A stretch of DNA of 64,000 nt from positions 26 through 64,025 of the forward strand of contig JBLMVJ010000019.1 of NCBI GenBank assembly GCA_050255815.1. Reading direction: 5' to 3'. The stretch is from Candidatus Levyibacteriota bacterium. GTDB lineage: Bacteria > Patescibacteriota > Microgenomatia > Levybacterales > GWA1-39-11. Made by a program: the position numbers and the translations under genes. Below, piece after piece: positions 18,464 through 27,543 of this stretch. The number at the start of each line of letters is the position of its first letter. The first letter of the stretch is position 1. A model generated the notes under the pieces. The model had not been told where the DNA came from and made no database searches. It was given only the letters and a program-made list of their open reading frames with translations.

Positions 18464-19287
18464 GCTTCTTGCTTCTTTATTCCATTTCTGTATTTTTGAA
18501 AAAGTAGTATACCACAGGCTGTAGCTAAAATCCCAAAACCCAGAAATAAAATCCACGCTCCATTATTTTTCTTTTCTGAAATCCCCGCAATCTCTTCTTT
18601 GACCGGAGTTGGCAATTCACCTTTTATCTGGGAGGATATGGAAGAAACACTTAAGGCTTTTTCAGTAGCGCTCAGGGATGACACAAGAGGAGGCTCAACA
18701 AGATTACTACTTGGCTTGAGCGGAGTTGGTGAATTTATCTTTGAAGGTTTATATGTGGTAGGCATTGGAATTTTTGTTGGGGTGACTTTCATCTGCGTAG
18801 GGGTTGGTGCAGTGGTTGAAGTAGGAGTGGGAACCGTGACTTCAAAAGATAATTCGTTTTGGGAATCAAAAGTTGCAGATCCTGAATTAGTAAAACGTTG
18901 CACTTTAAAGGAGTAGGTCCCGCTTGTAGAACAACCTGAATCAACAGGATCAATTTTTACCTTTAGTGTTCCACTCCAACTGCTATTGGCAACGGAGGCA
19001 AGGTAAAAATTTTTCCAGGCACTGTTGCCGGAATACGGGCCGGAGAAAAAGCTAGAGCCATTCCATGTATACCCACAATAATCGTTTGTTCCCGGCTTAA
19101 AAAATACGCCGCGCAAAAAATAATTAGTACCTTCCTGCGAATTAATAGATAAATCGGTCTGAACAGGAATTTCTGTTTCAGCCGTTATTTGCTTAATGTT
19201 GGCAGAAGTAGAAATACTGGAAGCGTAAACGATAGACGAAAAGAACAAAAAGAATAAAGGGGTTAGGAGGAAAGAATAACGGCGCAT
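18460..19287 (-). CDS. Secreted Pro/Thr-rich surface protein with signal peptide and C-terminal TM anchor
   Basis: N-terminal signal peptide. TPTPTSTTAPTPT linker. C-terminal hydrophobic anchor followed by basic tail. Confidence 0.55.
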   Translation of the reverse strand: MRRYSFLLTPLFFLFFSSIVYASSISTSANIKQITAETEIPVQTDLSINSQEGTNYFLRGVFFKPGTNDYCGYTWNGSSFFSGPYSGNSAWKNFYLASVANSSWSGTLKVKIDPVDSGCSTSGTYSFKVQRFTNSGSATFDSQNELSFEVTVPTPTSTTAPTPTQMKVTPTKIPMPTTYKPSKINSPTPLKPSSNLVEPPLVSSLSATEKALSVSSISSQIKGELPTPVKEEIAGISEKKNNGAWILFLGFGILATACGILLFQKYRNGIKKQEA

Positions 19288-19318
19288 ATAGTTCCCTGCC
19301 GTTTATCTAATTGTGTTA

Positions 19319-20560
19319 TCAAAACGTCACTTTGTCAACCTCAAAGATACTCCCCATAGAATAATGGTCGGTAAATTTAATGTCATGCCCATTTGGTACA
19401 TACGGGTCATTCATGACATAGTCTCCGTTACTTCCGCTTTTCAAAACTACAAAATGAGTACCCCCATATGCATGTACTCCTACAACTACCGGATCTCCTC
19501 CTGCCAGAGTAGAATCAATAGCCGCACCAACTCTACTGGATGAAACACCATTTGCAGAAATAGAGTACCGTAAATATGCCGGATAGTATGATGCAAAATT
19601 ATCAGGGTTTGAATTTACGGAAAGTGGGGTAACGTCCCGGTGCCCGTAATGGGTGTATACCATAGCCATAGAAGTAACCAGACAACCGTCACTTGCTATG
19701 GTATATCCCGTATGGTTTAAGGCTACCCCTCCCCATGAAGAATCCCGCTGGTTATAGTAGCAACCCCAACTGTCACAATTTGTCTGCCCGGAGAGGAGAG
19801 AGGCTCCTCCTGCGTTAGAAGTAAATGCGGTGAATCCGGCCAGCTGGGCCTGTGCCTGAGCAAGTAATTTTTGGTAATTTTCTTCACTTCCTTTGGTATC
19901 CGCAAGAAGCTGTTCTTTTGCATCTTTATCCTTATTTAACTGCTCTGTGTAGTCAGTAAGCTGCTGCTTTAAGGCTTCAATTTCTCGCTGTTTTTGGGTA
20001 AGGACATCTTTCTCATTTGCGTAATTCACTTTAGATTCCTGCGCTGCATAAATAGTTTTTTTATCATTTGCTTCAACCAGTTTAAGATAGGTCAAACGGG
20101 TCATGAAATTTGAAATATTACTGGAGGTAAGAAATAATTGCCAGGAATCAATCCTTCCCACCTGATAAGAAACACTTATACGGTTCACTAATGCTTTTGT
20201 TGTTTCCGTGATATTGTCTTCCAACTCCGCTATCTTCTGTCCGGCGGTTGAAATATCATGGTCTAATTGCGCAATTTGCCGTTTTGTGGTTTCAATCCGA
20301 AGCTGGGTAAGTTTTATCTGGTTATCCATAATGGTTATTTGGGAAGAAAGTGTCTTTTCCTGAGACTTAGCGTCTGCAATTTTTCCTTCATAATCTTTAA
20401 TTTTATTTTGCAGGTCTTGGATTGCGCCGGAATTATCAGGCGTTGGGGTTGCAGATGGGGTGGGCGTAGGAGTAGGGTCTTCAGCCTTGACTAAAGAAAT
20501 CTGGCCTAATTGCAGAAAAAGAAAGAAGATTAGCAGAAAAACATATAGCTTTTTTCTCAT
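19319..20560 (-). CDS. PcsB/CwlO-like coiled-coil protein with C-terminal papain-fold (CHAP/C39-like) cysteine peptidase domain
   Basis: Signal peptide and PT-rich linker. ~250 aa heptad-rich coiled coil. C-terminal domain with Cys (..ASDGCLVTS..) and His (GGTHFVVL). Immediately upstream of ftsX-ftsE. Confidence 0.65.
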   Translation of the reverse strand: MRKKLYVFLLIFFLFLQLGQISLVKAEDPTPTPTPSATPTPDNSGAIQDLQNKIKDYEGKIADAKSQEKTLSSQITIMDNQIKLTQLRIETTKRQIAQLDHDISTAGQKIAELEDNITETTKALVNRISVSYQVGRIDSWQLFLTSSNISNFMTRLTYLKLVEANDKKTIYAAQESKVNYANEKDVLTQKQREIEALKQQLTDYTEQLNKDKDAKEQLLADTKGSEENYQKLLAQAQAQLAGFTAFTSNAGGASLLSGQTNCDSWGCYYNQRDSSWGGVALNHTGYTIASDGCLVTSMAMVYTHYGHRDVTPLSVNSNPDNFASYYPAYLRYSISANGVSSSRVGAAIDSTLAGGDPVVVGVHAYGGTHFVVLKSGSNGDYVMNDPYVPNGHDIKFTDHYSMGSIFEVDKVTF

Positions 20561-20564
20561 CAGG

Positions 20565-21428
20565 TTATTTCAAGTATCTTAGCACTGCAATGAAACTTGC
20601 AAACATCCCTAAAAAACAGGCCGCTAAAAGCTCTACTCCTAAAATTTCAAGGGATAATATATAAGAAATGGGAAAGATGGGCACACCCTGCAGGAAGCTT
20701 GAGATTTGCGGAGTAAATCCCAGAAGGATTCCATAAGTAACTCCCCATCCAATTATTGCACCAACAAAGCCATAAATAGCCCCTTCCAGTAAGAAAGGGG
20801 TTCTGATAAACCAGCCGGATGCACCTATAAGACGCATAATTTCTATTTCCTCCCGTCTGATAGTGATTTTTATCCCAATAATAGTAAGGATCACGAAAAT
20901 AGATACTAGAACCAGTGAGGTAATCACCACAATCCCAACTATCCGTAATGCATTTGTCCATGCAATTAGCCTATCCACAATATCTTTTTGGAAAGAAATC
21001 TGGTCAATATTTTTTGATGATTTAATAAGCGGCACCAGGGTGGAAAGGTATTCTGCTTTTGATGTCTGAATTTCTAAAGATGCTGGCAGAACATCAGCAG
21101 TAACCAAGTCCAGAGTAGCCGGGTCATTTTTATTCTGTTCCTTAAAAATCTTCAGGGCATCCTCTTTGGAAACATATCTAACAGATATAGTTTTCCCCGT
21201 ATCTTCAAGTTTTTTCTTCAACGCGTCAATTTCTGTTTTGGATGCCTGATCCGTGAAAAACACGGTTAGCTGAGGACGGCTTTCCAAATAATCAATTAAC
21301 CGCACAGACAAAATAGTCAAAAACGCAAAAATAGAAACTGCAAAAAAAGTAAGCGTTAAAATCAGCGCTGCAGAAATAGCCTGATAGGGCGACCTTCTCA
21401 TGTATTTAAAAACGGTTTTAAAATGCAT
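20565..21428 (-). CDS. ftsX: Cell-division ABC transporter permease-like FtsX
   Basis: 287 aa with one N-terminal TM, a large extracytoplasmic loop and 3 C-terminal TMs. Adjacent to ftsE. Confidence 0.8.
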   Translation of the reverse strand: MHFKTVFKYMRRSPYQAISAALILTLTFFAVSIFAFLTILSVRLIDYLESRPQLTVFFTDQASKTEIDALKKKLEDTGKTISVRYVSKEDALKIFKEQNKNDPATLDLVTADVLPASLEIQTSKAEYLSTLVPLIKSSKNIDQISFQKDIVDRLIAWTNALRIVGIVVITSLVLVSIFVILTIIGIKITIRREEIEIMRLIGASGWFIRTPFLLEGAIYGFVGAIIGWGVTYGILLGFTPQISSFLQGVPIFPISYILSLEILGVELLAACFLGMFASFIAVLRYLK

Positions 21429-21433
21429 AGTAA

Positions 21434-22201
21434 CTATTTCTCCTGCTCTTTCTCTTCCTTTTCTTCTTTTCTTTCACTCTTTTCTTCCGACTCTTTTTTT
21501 GTTTCTTTTTCTTCATGATGTTCTTTCTTATGGGCAGTATGTTTTTTACCCCTGTCCTCCTTCAGTTTTCCATTCTCTAAAACTATTACCCGGTCTTCCG
21601 ACCCTATAAAATTTTCATTGTGGGTGGCCATAAAAATAGTAGTTCCCTTCTTATTAATACTTTTCAAAAGGTTTACTATTTGTTCTGACGTTTTTAGGTC
21701 CAGGTTGCCCGTAGGCTCATCTGCCAGTAATATCTCCGGACTAAAAACTAAAGCTCGTGCTATAGCAACCCGCTGGCGCTCTCCTCCTGAAAGCTGAAGA
21801 GGGAATTTATTCAATGCATCTGCCAGATCAACTTCCAACAGCGTTTCCTCTGCTTGTTTTCTTGCTTCATCCTCAGCAATACCTGAAAAAAGAAGCGGAA
21901 GCATAACATTTTCTGTTACCGTCCTGTCCATCAACAACTTCAAATCCTGGAATATAACCCCAACTTTTCTTCTTAAGATGGGCACCTGTTTTTTGGGCAG
22001 GTTGGGGATATCCCATTCCCCCAGCATAATACTCCCTCCTGTGGGAAGTAGATCCCTTATAATAAGACGGAAAATAGTGGTTTTTCCTGAACCCGTAGGC
22101 CCTATGAGGTAAGCAAACTCTCCCTGGGGAATATTAAAGGATACCGCATCTAGGGCAGCTGAGTTATTATACTTCTTACTGACATCTGTAAATACAATCA
22201 T
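21434..22201 (-). CDS. ftsE: Cell-division ATP-binding protein FtsE with KE-rich C-terminal tail
   Basis: Walker A GPTGSGKTT, ABC signature LSGGERQRVAIARAL, Walker B ILLADEPTGNLD. Unusual ~35-aa Lys/Glu-rich C-terminal extension. Confidence 0.9.
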   Translation of the reverse strand: MIVFTDVSKKYNNSAALDAVSFNIPQGEFAYLIGPTGSGKTTIFRLIIRDLLPTGGSIMLGEWDIPNLPKKQVPILRRKVGVIFQDLKLLMDRTVTENVMLPLLFSGIAEDEARKQAEETLLEVDLADALNKFPLQLSGGERQRVAIARALVFSPEILLADEPTGNLDLKTSEQIVNLLKSINKKGTTIFMATHNENFIGSEDRVIVLENGKLKEDRGKKHTAHKKEHHEEKETKKESEEKSERKEEKEEKEQEK

Positions 22202-22248
22202 GGAAACAATTTGGCAATTTTTAAGTCCCGAAGAAAACTTTGAGCGAA

Positions 22249-22704
22249 TTATTCAATTTGCGCTCTTCCAACATCCATCAGCCAACCGGCCTTTTGGGCA
22301 GAATTAGTTTCTCCCCACACTTTAATTTTTTTACCAACCAGCTTTGAGAGGTCTAAGACGGAAGAGGTGAGATATACGTTCTGGGAATCACCACCTGGCC
22401 GCTCCAAATGAAATGCACCTTCCCCGTCTATGCCGCCCTCTTTCAGGACGCCTTCTGCAGAATCTTTAAATGCTGACGTATCAGGGGAGCCAAAAACAGT
22501 ACCGGGCTTCAGTGCTGCTAAATTTGTATCAGAGGTTACCGTAACTACCGCTGTTTTTCTGGTCGCAAAGAAAAATCCCACCCCTATACCCAAAATGACC
22601 ATGGCTATAAAAACATACAGGGAATTTTTTACTAAAAAAGGACCGGAAGATTTTTTCTTTGGTGTTTTCTCATCAAAACTATGAACAACTGACTTGCCTT
22701 CCAT
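22249..22704 (-). CDS. Hypothetical membrane-anchored protein
   Basis: 151 aa with a single TM after a basic N-terminus. No family recognised. Confidence 0.5.
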   Translation of the reverse strand: MEGKSVVHSFDEKTPKKKSSGPFLVKNSLYVFIAMVILGIGVGFFFATRKTAVVTVTSDTNLAALKPGTVFGSPDTSAFKDSAEGVLKEGGIDGEGAFHLERPGGDSQNVYLTSSVLDLSKLVGKKIKVWGETNSAQKAGWLMDVGRAQIE

Positions 22705-22744
22705 ACAGTACAGTAAACCATATTTGAAAGAATTTTACAATATA

Positions 22745-23752
22745 TTAAGCCTTCAGTTCAGCCTCAATAAAGACGTCCAGATCTCCATCTAAAATAGCGT
22801 TTACATTTCCGGATTCTACCTTGGTCCTGGTATCTTTCACCAACTGGTAAGGATGCAGTACATAATTCCTGATTTGGTTTCCCCAGGAAGGCGCCACATA
22901 TTCCCCGCGGATCTCTTTTTTCTCTTTTGCTTTATCTTCCTCATATTTTGCCCAAAGCTTAGCTTTCAGAAGCCGTAAGGCATTTTCCCGGTTCTGGTTT
23001 TGGTAGCGCTCCTGGGAACAGGTGACAATAAGCCCGGTAGGTTTATGGGTAAGACGTACAGCCGTAGAGACTTTATTTACGTTTTGGCCGCCATGGCCAC
23101 CAGAACGGAAAAAATCCCATTCCAGGTCATCATCTTTTATATCTACCTCAGAATCATTTTCAATTTCAGGCAGTACTTCAACCAACGCAAAGGAAGTTTG
23201 ACGCAGATTAGCCGAATTAAACGGGGAAAGCCTGACCAACCGGTGAACTCCCTGTTCACCCTTTAGATACCCGTATGCATTTGTCCCCTTAATACTTACC
23301 ACTACTTTTTTTAGCCCGGCTTCTTCACCGGAAACTACATCTATCTCTTCCAGTTCCCACCCTTTTTCCTCAGTAAACCGGGTATACATGCGGTATAGCA
23401 TTTGCGTCCAGTCCATGGCATCCACCCCGCCCTGGCCTGCATGGATAGTCATAATGGCATTATTTTTGTCATGCTTTCCGGAAAGGTATAAATACAGCTC
23501 CAGGTCTTTGATAAAATGCTCAAGTTCACTATAGTGGCCTAAATCAAGCAGTTCCTGGATTTTTTGAGCGTCAGCCAACTCTTTCTGTAAAGATCCCAAT
23601 TGTTTCATTTTAGAAGTTGCAGCAGTGGGGTCTTTCCAGAAGTCCGGATCCATACTCTCAGATTCAATTGCAGACATCTGTTTCTTTTTCTCTTCAACGT
23701 CTAGTTTTTGGAGGATTATATGCGCCCGCTCTTTCAGCTCATCTTCATTCAT
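22745..23752 (-). CDS. prfB: Peptide chain release factor 2 (single ORF, no programmed frameshift)
   Basis: SPF tripeptide ([15 protein letters not shown]) and GGQ ([12 protein letters not shown]). Aligns with E. coli RF2 from the post-frameshift region onward. Confidence 0.92.
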   Translation of the reverse strand: MNEDELKERAHIILQKLDVEEKKKQMSAIESESMDPDFWKDPTAATSKMKQLGSLQKELADAQKIQELLDLGHYSELEHFIKDLELYLYLSGKHDKNNAIMTIHAGQGGVDAMDWTQMLYRMYTRFTEEKGWELEEIDVVSGEEAGLKKVVVSIKGTNAYGYLKGEQGVHRLVRLSPFNSANLRQTSFALVEVLPEIENDSEVDIKDDDLEWDFFRSGGHGGQNVNKVSTAVRLTHKPTGLIVTCSQERYQNQNRENALRLLKAKLWAKYEEDKAKEKKEIRGEYVAPSWGNQIRNYVLHPYQLVKDTRTKVESGNVNAILDGDLDVFIEAELKA

Positions 23753-23855
23753 GAGAGAATTGTACCATAATTGTAATTTTCAATTTAAAATTTGAATTGA
23801 ATTTGAAATTTTAAAATTCATTGAAAATTAAAAATTAGAAGAAGCCTGTGGAGAA

Positions 23856-24242
23856 TCACTTCTTGCAGACTAGGTTACAAAACGCTTCCACCGGGTTACT
23901 GTTTCCCTTTTGGATGCTTTGGAGGTCTAAAATAATTTTCTGGAGAGCTGCTCCTGACGCGGTTAAGTTTTCAGCAGTTAAGGATTCCAGCTCTTTTTTT
24001 GCCTGGTTCAAAAGCTTACCGGCGTCATCTTTAGTCAAAACTTTCACTTCTGTGGTTGGAACCGGGTTAAACGTTGCGCCCAAGACTTCAGAGGCTTTCT
24101 TCCCTGTTTTTTGAAGAAGATAAAAACCAAAACCGCCTAAAATAAGGAGGACAAGACACGCAACCAAAATTCTTTTTCCGCTCCAGGACTCTACCACCTG
24201 CCCCTCCATAAAACCATCTTCCCTATTAATCCATCTTCTCAT
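23856..24242 (-). CDS. Hypothetical membrane-anchored protein
   Basis: 128 aa with one TM. Start could instead be the internal Met at 24209. Confidence 0.45.
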   Translation of the reverse strand: MRRWINREDGFMEGQVVESWSGKRILVACLVLLILGGFGFYLLQKTGKKASEVLGATFNPVPTTEVKVLTKDDAGKLLNQAKKELESLTAENLTASGAALQKIILDLQSIQKGNSNPVEAFCNLVCKK

Positions 24243-24311
24243 CTAACTCATATTTTACCATTCAAAATCAACTCCGGCATAACGTACCATCTCACAAAGC
24301 TGAATGCTATA

Positions 24312-24653
24312 ATGAAAGCTATGAATCTTAAGTCTATCCAAGAAAAAGTAAAGATAATGGACCAAAAAACCAGGCCGCATTATAAACTCTATACACAAAC
24401 AGAAAAGGAAATCCTGACAAAAACGGTGAAATTAAATGAAGAAGTAGGGGAATTATGCAATGATATTCTTTCAATCCTTAAGTTGCAACGGAAAGCAAAA
24501 CTCGATAAGTTTAACAAGTCAAACATCTATCAAGAGTTTGCTGATGTGATTATAACAACCATTCAACTAGCTTCTGCCGCAGGCGTTGACGTAGAACGTG
24601 CGGTTCAGGATAAGCTAAAAAAGATTGAGGAAAAATACATGCCAAAGAGCTAG
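24312..24653 (+). CDS. MazG-like nucleotide pyrophosphohydrolase domain protein
   Basis: EEVGEL..DVIITTIQLASAAGVD..DKLKK pattern of the all-alpha MazG NTP-PPase family. 113 aa. Confidence 0.65.
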   Translation: MKAMNLKSIQEKVKIMDQKTRPHYKLYTQTEKEILTKTVKLNEEVGELCNDILSILKLQRKAKLDKFNKSNIYQEFADVIITTIQLASAAGVDVERAVQDKLKKIEEKYMPKS

Positions 24654-24700
24654 AAGAATTTTTTGACTCTTTAAAAGTTCACGAAGTACTGGATTTTTGC

Positions 24701-25543
24701 CTAACTGGCAATTTCTGAAATAAACTGTCTTACTTTATCCCTATCCCTTTTTGGTATATTATCTATAACCCTTTCCAATCCAAATGTATCGACTGCGTTC
24801 CTGAGTAGTCTCCCATGGTCTTCCGGATCTAATACTACCGCCATAGTTTCCTGATTTTTTATTGCTGCATATAAGTCACCTTTATACGCCGTCAAACCTC
24901 TTCCCACAGTTAACCTGTGACCATCGGAAGATCCAACGGCTGCACCCAGTCTCCCCTTATGAGACCTTCTGTATTCTTGTGCAAAAGTATTTGAATCTCT
25001 GTATCCATCTCCACCCATGGAAGACGCATCTACTACTCCCATATTGTGTACCTCATATCCATCTATATATACATCTGGATCAGTACTTCTTTCTAAAGAG
25101 TTAAAAAGTTCCCTGTCAGCAGAATCAAGCCGCTTGTAAAAAGGATGGGGAACAATAGCAAGCCCCCCCTGCCCGTGTATTTTTTTAATAACATTTTTCA
25201 TGCTCCTTCTCACTACACCATGGTCTCCTCTTTCTACCACCGCAGAAATACCTTCTTTTAGGAAAACACCTATTAAGTGACCGTCTTTTGTCGTAATTTC
25301 CATACCCGTGACAACTTGAATATCTAACCCATTCGCAGCAGCATACTGTTGCCCTTCAAAAGAAGAGTCAATATTATCATGGTCTGTAATAGCTATTGCA
25401 CTGAGGCCCGATTTTCTTGCAAGAAACACAGCTTCACCTGGTGTCATTCCTCCTCTTCTTGCAACGTCTATGGATCCTTTTGTGTGCATATGCAAATCAG
25501 CAAGCTGGTATCCCTTTAATGACCTTCCATATAGTTCTCTCAT
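24701..25543 (-). CDS. PHP-domain phosphoesterase
   Basis: ADLHMHTKGS and AIAITDHD metal-binding motifs of the PHP family. Confidence 0.8.
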   Translation of the reverse strand: MRELYGRSLKGYQLADLHMHTKGSIDVARRGGMTPGEAVFLARKSGLSAIAITDHDNIDSSFEGQQYAAANGLDIQVVTGMEITTKDGHLIGVFLKEGISAVVERGDHGVVRRSMKNVIKKIHGQGGLAIVPHPFYKRLDSADRELFNSLERSTDPDVYIDGYEVHNMGVVDASSMGGDGYRDSNTFAQEYRRSHKGRLGAAVGSSDGHRLTVGRGLTAYKGDLYAAIKNQETMAVVLDPEDHGRLLRNAVDTFGLERVIDNIPKRDRDKVRQFISEIAS

Positions 25544-25549
25544 ATTATG

Positions 25550-26275
25550 CTATGCATGCCCTACAACTACCGCAATAGAAATCCTTCCCCGTCTTTCCAC
25601 TGCAATATGCCATTCATTAATTCCAAATTGTCTTCTTAATGCATCAGTCTCCCCATATGTTCTGACCTGCATTCTTCCATCCTGCATGTAGGTTTCAGCA
25701 GTTCTCCATTTTACTCCCAGTGGATTTCCATTTCCCACCAAAATCTTAGCTACTGCTTCTTTTACCGCCCACCTATTCTTCAGTAGGTCTGGATCCCCAT
25801 TGCATTCCTTGATCTCAGCTTCAGTAAAAGCTCTTTCTGGACGTGCAAAAAGCCGGCTTGACTGCCTATCCGCATTACAATCAACTCCAACCCTTAAATT
25901 ATTTACTGAACCCGTATCTCCTACAACAAACCCCACTGCAATTCCTTCATCATGGGAAATACTTACTGCAAAAGAGTTTATTCCTCTTCTAGTAGCCTCC
26001 CTAAATGCTTCTCCTTCTAGCTTCATAAAGGGATCTCCCTGTTTATGTTTCCCAATCTGAATATCAGACAGGGGAACAGGAACTCCTAATATTCTGGATA
26101 CCCCTAGCTTAACAGCCAATTTACCAGAAAGGCTTTCCTCTCTAATAACATCTTTTCTTTTACTCGACTCAATTTCTTCCTGGGTAAACCATCTTCTATC
26201 CATACCTTTTGCAACTTCAGAGGACAGCATTTCTAATCTTATGAATTGTGCCGGTATAGGAGTTTCTATTTTCAT
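25550..26275 (-). CDS. 4'-phosphopantetheinyl transferase (Sfp-type)
   Basis: SISHDEGIAVGFVV, VGVDCNADRQ (GxD-type) and WAVKEAVAKIL (W/KEA motif) characteristic of PPTases. 241 aa, two-half architecture. Confidence 0.7.
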   Translation of the reverse strand: MKIETPIPAQFIRLEMLSSEVAKGMDRRWFTQEEIESSKRKDVIREESLSGKLAVKLGVSRILGVPVPLSDIQIGKHKQGDPFMKLEGEAFREATRRGINSFAVSISHDEGIAVGFVVGDTGSVNNLRVGVDCNADRQSSRLFARPERAFTEAEIKECNGDPDLLKNRWAVKEAVAKILVGNGNPLGVKWRTAETYMQDGRMQVRTYGETDALRRQFGINEWHIAVERRGRISIAVVVGHA

Positions 26276-26328
26276 GCCAGTATTGTACCAGATGGAAGAA
26301 AAAAAGACTTGTTAGAATTTTTGAGGAA

Positions 26329-27090
26329 TTAGAATGATACGAAGTATTGGATCTTTGCTTTAGACTGGATATCAGCTAGCCATGTCTGGAATTTTCCGGA
26401 AAGTTTTTGCTGCTGCAACTGGGTCCTCACAGAATCTCTGAGAGTCTTAGGATCTTCTGTGGAAGGGAATGAATCTTTATTCTGTTCTATGTATGCATCT
26501 ACTTCTTTATCTGACACCGTTGCATCTTTTGCAAACAATTTCTCAATCATTTTCTGGATTTTCAGCTGGTCTATAAGATCCGCGCGGGTTAAACCCTGCT
26601 GGTCCAATGCATCCTGCAGAGTCCTTCCCTGCTTTTTCAGGGCGTCATCAATTTTCTTAACTTCTGCATTTACTTCTGCATCTGTCACAGTGATATGTTT
26701 TTTATCCATTTCCTGGAGAATTAAATCTTTGGTGATCAGGGACTCAAGCGTTTTTTTGCCGTATGTTTTTTCTAATTGCTGGTCAACGGAAAGGCGGGTA
26801 ATAAGGTGACCATTTACAGTTGCGGCAATAAAAAATCCCCTAAAGATATAAATTAATACTGCTAACACTACCACTCCTATGATAATGGCGGCCTTTTTTG
26901 TAGAAATTCTTTTTGATGTTAGTTTTGCAGAAGTATTTGCCGGAGCTACAGCTGCTTTTGCAGGAGCTGATTTTTTAACTGCTGTCTTAGGAGCTGTCTT
27001 TTTAGCAGTGGTTTTCGTTGTTTTTTTAACGGTCTTAGTTGCCATAAGTAATAAGTTCCTTGTTTTCCTCGCCTCGGAAAATAATTTCAA
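26329..27090 (-). CDS. SurA-N/PrsA-like chaperone-domain protein, membrane-anchored
   Basis: Lys/Ala-rich N-terminus, one TM, then a helical domain resembling the SurA N-terminal region; no PPIase domain. Start may be MATKTVKK at 27045. Confidence 0.5.
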   Translation of the reverse strand: MKLFSEARKTRNLLLMATKTVKKTTKTTAKKTAPKTAVKKSAPAKAAVAPANTSAKLTSKRISTKKAAIIIGVVVLAVLIYIFRGFFIAATVNGHLITRLSVDQQLEKTYGKKTLESLITKDLILQEMDKKHITVTDAEVNAEVKKIDDALKKQGRTLQDALDQQGLTRADLIDQLKIQKMIEKLFAKDATVSDKEVDAYIEQNKDSFPSTEDPKTLRDSVRTQLQQQKLSGKFQTWLADIQSKAKIQYFVSF

Positions 27091-27149
27091 AAACCATTAT
27101 AGCACATTATGTAAAGTCTTAATTGCAAGAGTTTTGAACTCGTAACCCA

Positions 27150-27482
27150 TTAACTTTTTAACCTTTTAACTTTTCTTATCTCCTGGGCAAATTCCTCAAG
27201 TAGTTCTTTTGTTTTCTTTTTTATTTTTTCTTCTATACCTACCGTATTTTGTAATACGTGTTCCCAGATTTCTTTATGGTCATTTTCCCTGGTATTATGT
27301 ACAAATACTTTTTTATGTTCTTCCGGTAGCTCAGTTAAAATTACATCAAGCACCGTATAGTGAACGCTTGAATTAACATGGTGCATTAAATCCTCTTTCT
27401 CCTTCTGAGAAAGCCCCAATGAATCCAATTCATTTTCAACAATATCCAACTCGATTAAGTGAGAATAAAAAGAAGTCTTCAT
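27150..27482 (-). CDS. Hypothetical acidic helical protein (110 aa)
   Basis: Track ORF. Contains an ELDSLG motif but context does not fit ACP (see rejected). Confidence 0.45.
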   Translation of the reverse strand: MKTSFYSHLIELDIVENELDSLGLSQKEKEDLMHHVNSSVHYTVLDVILTELPEEHKKVFVHNTRENDHKEIWEHVLQNTVGIEEKIKKKTKELLEEFAQEIRKVKRLKS

Positions 27483-27543
27483 ATATTTCTTTAGTCAAAA
27501 ATAAAACTTTTAAATTTTACGTTGTAATTTTGCATTTTGAATT

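Noticed and set aside
23753-23790. RF2 programmed-frameshift uORF (MVQFSHE* ending in TGA overlapping the prfB ATG)
   Set aside because: The slip site is GAA-UGA, not a shift-prone CUU-UGA. The main ORF has its own ATG and the full N-terminal region in one frame.
27150-27482. Possible acyl carrier protein because of an ELDSLGLS motif near the FabH-like cluster
   Set aside because: The Ser lies at residue 22 with too little N-terminal sequence for ACP helix I. The following helix lacks the acidic/hydrophobic ACP helix II pattern. The protein is 110 aa rather than ~78. Kept only as a hypothetical protein.
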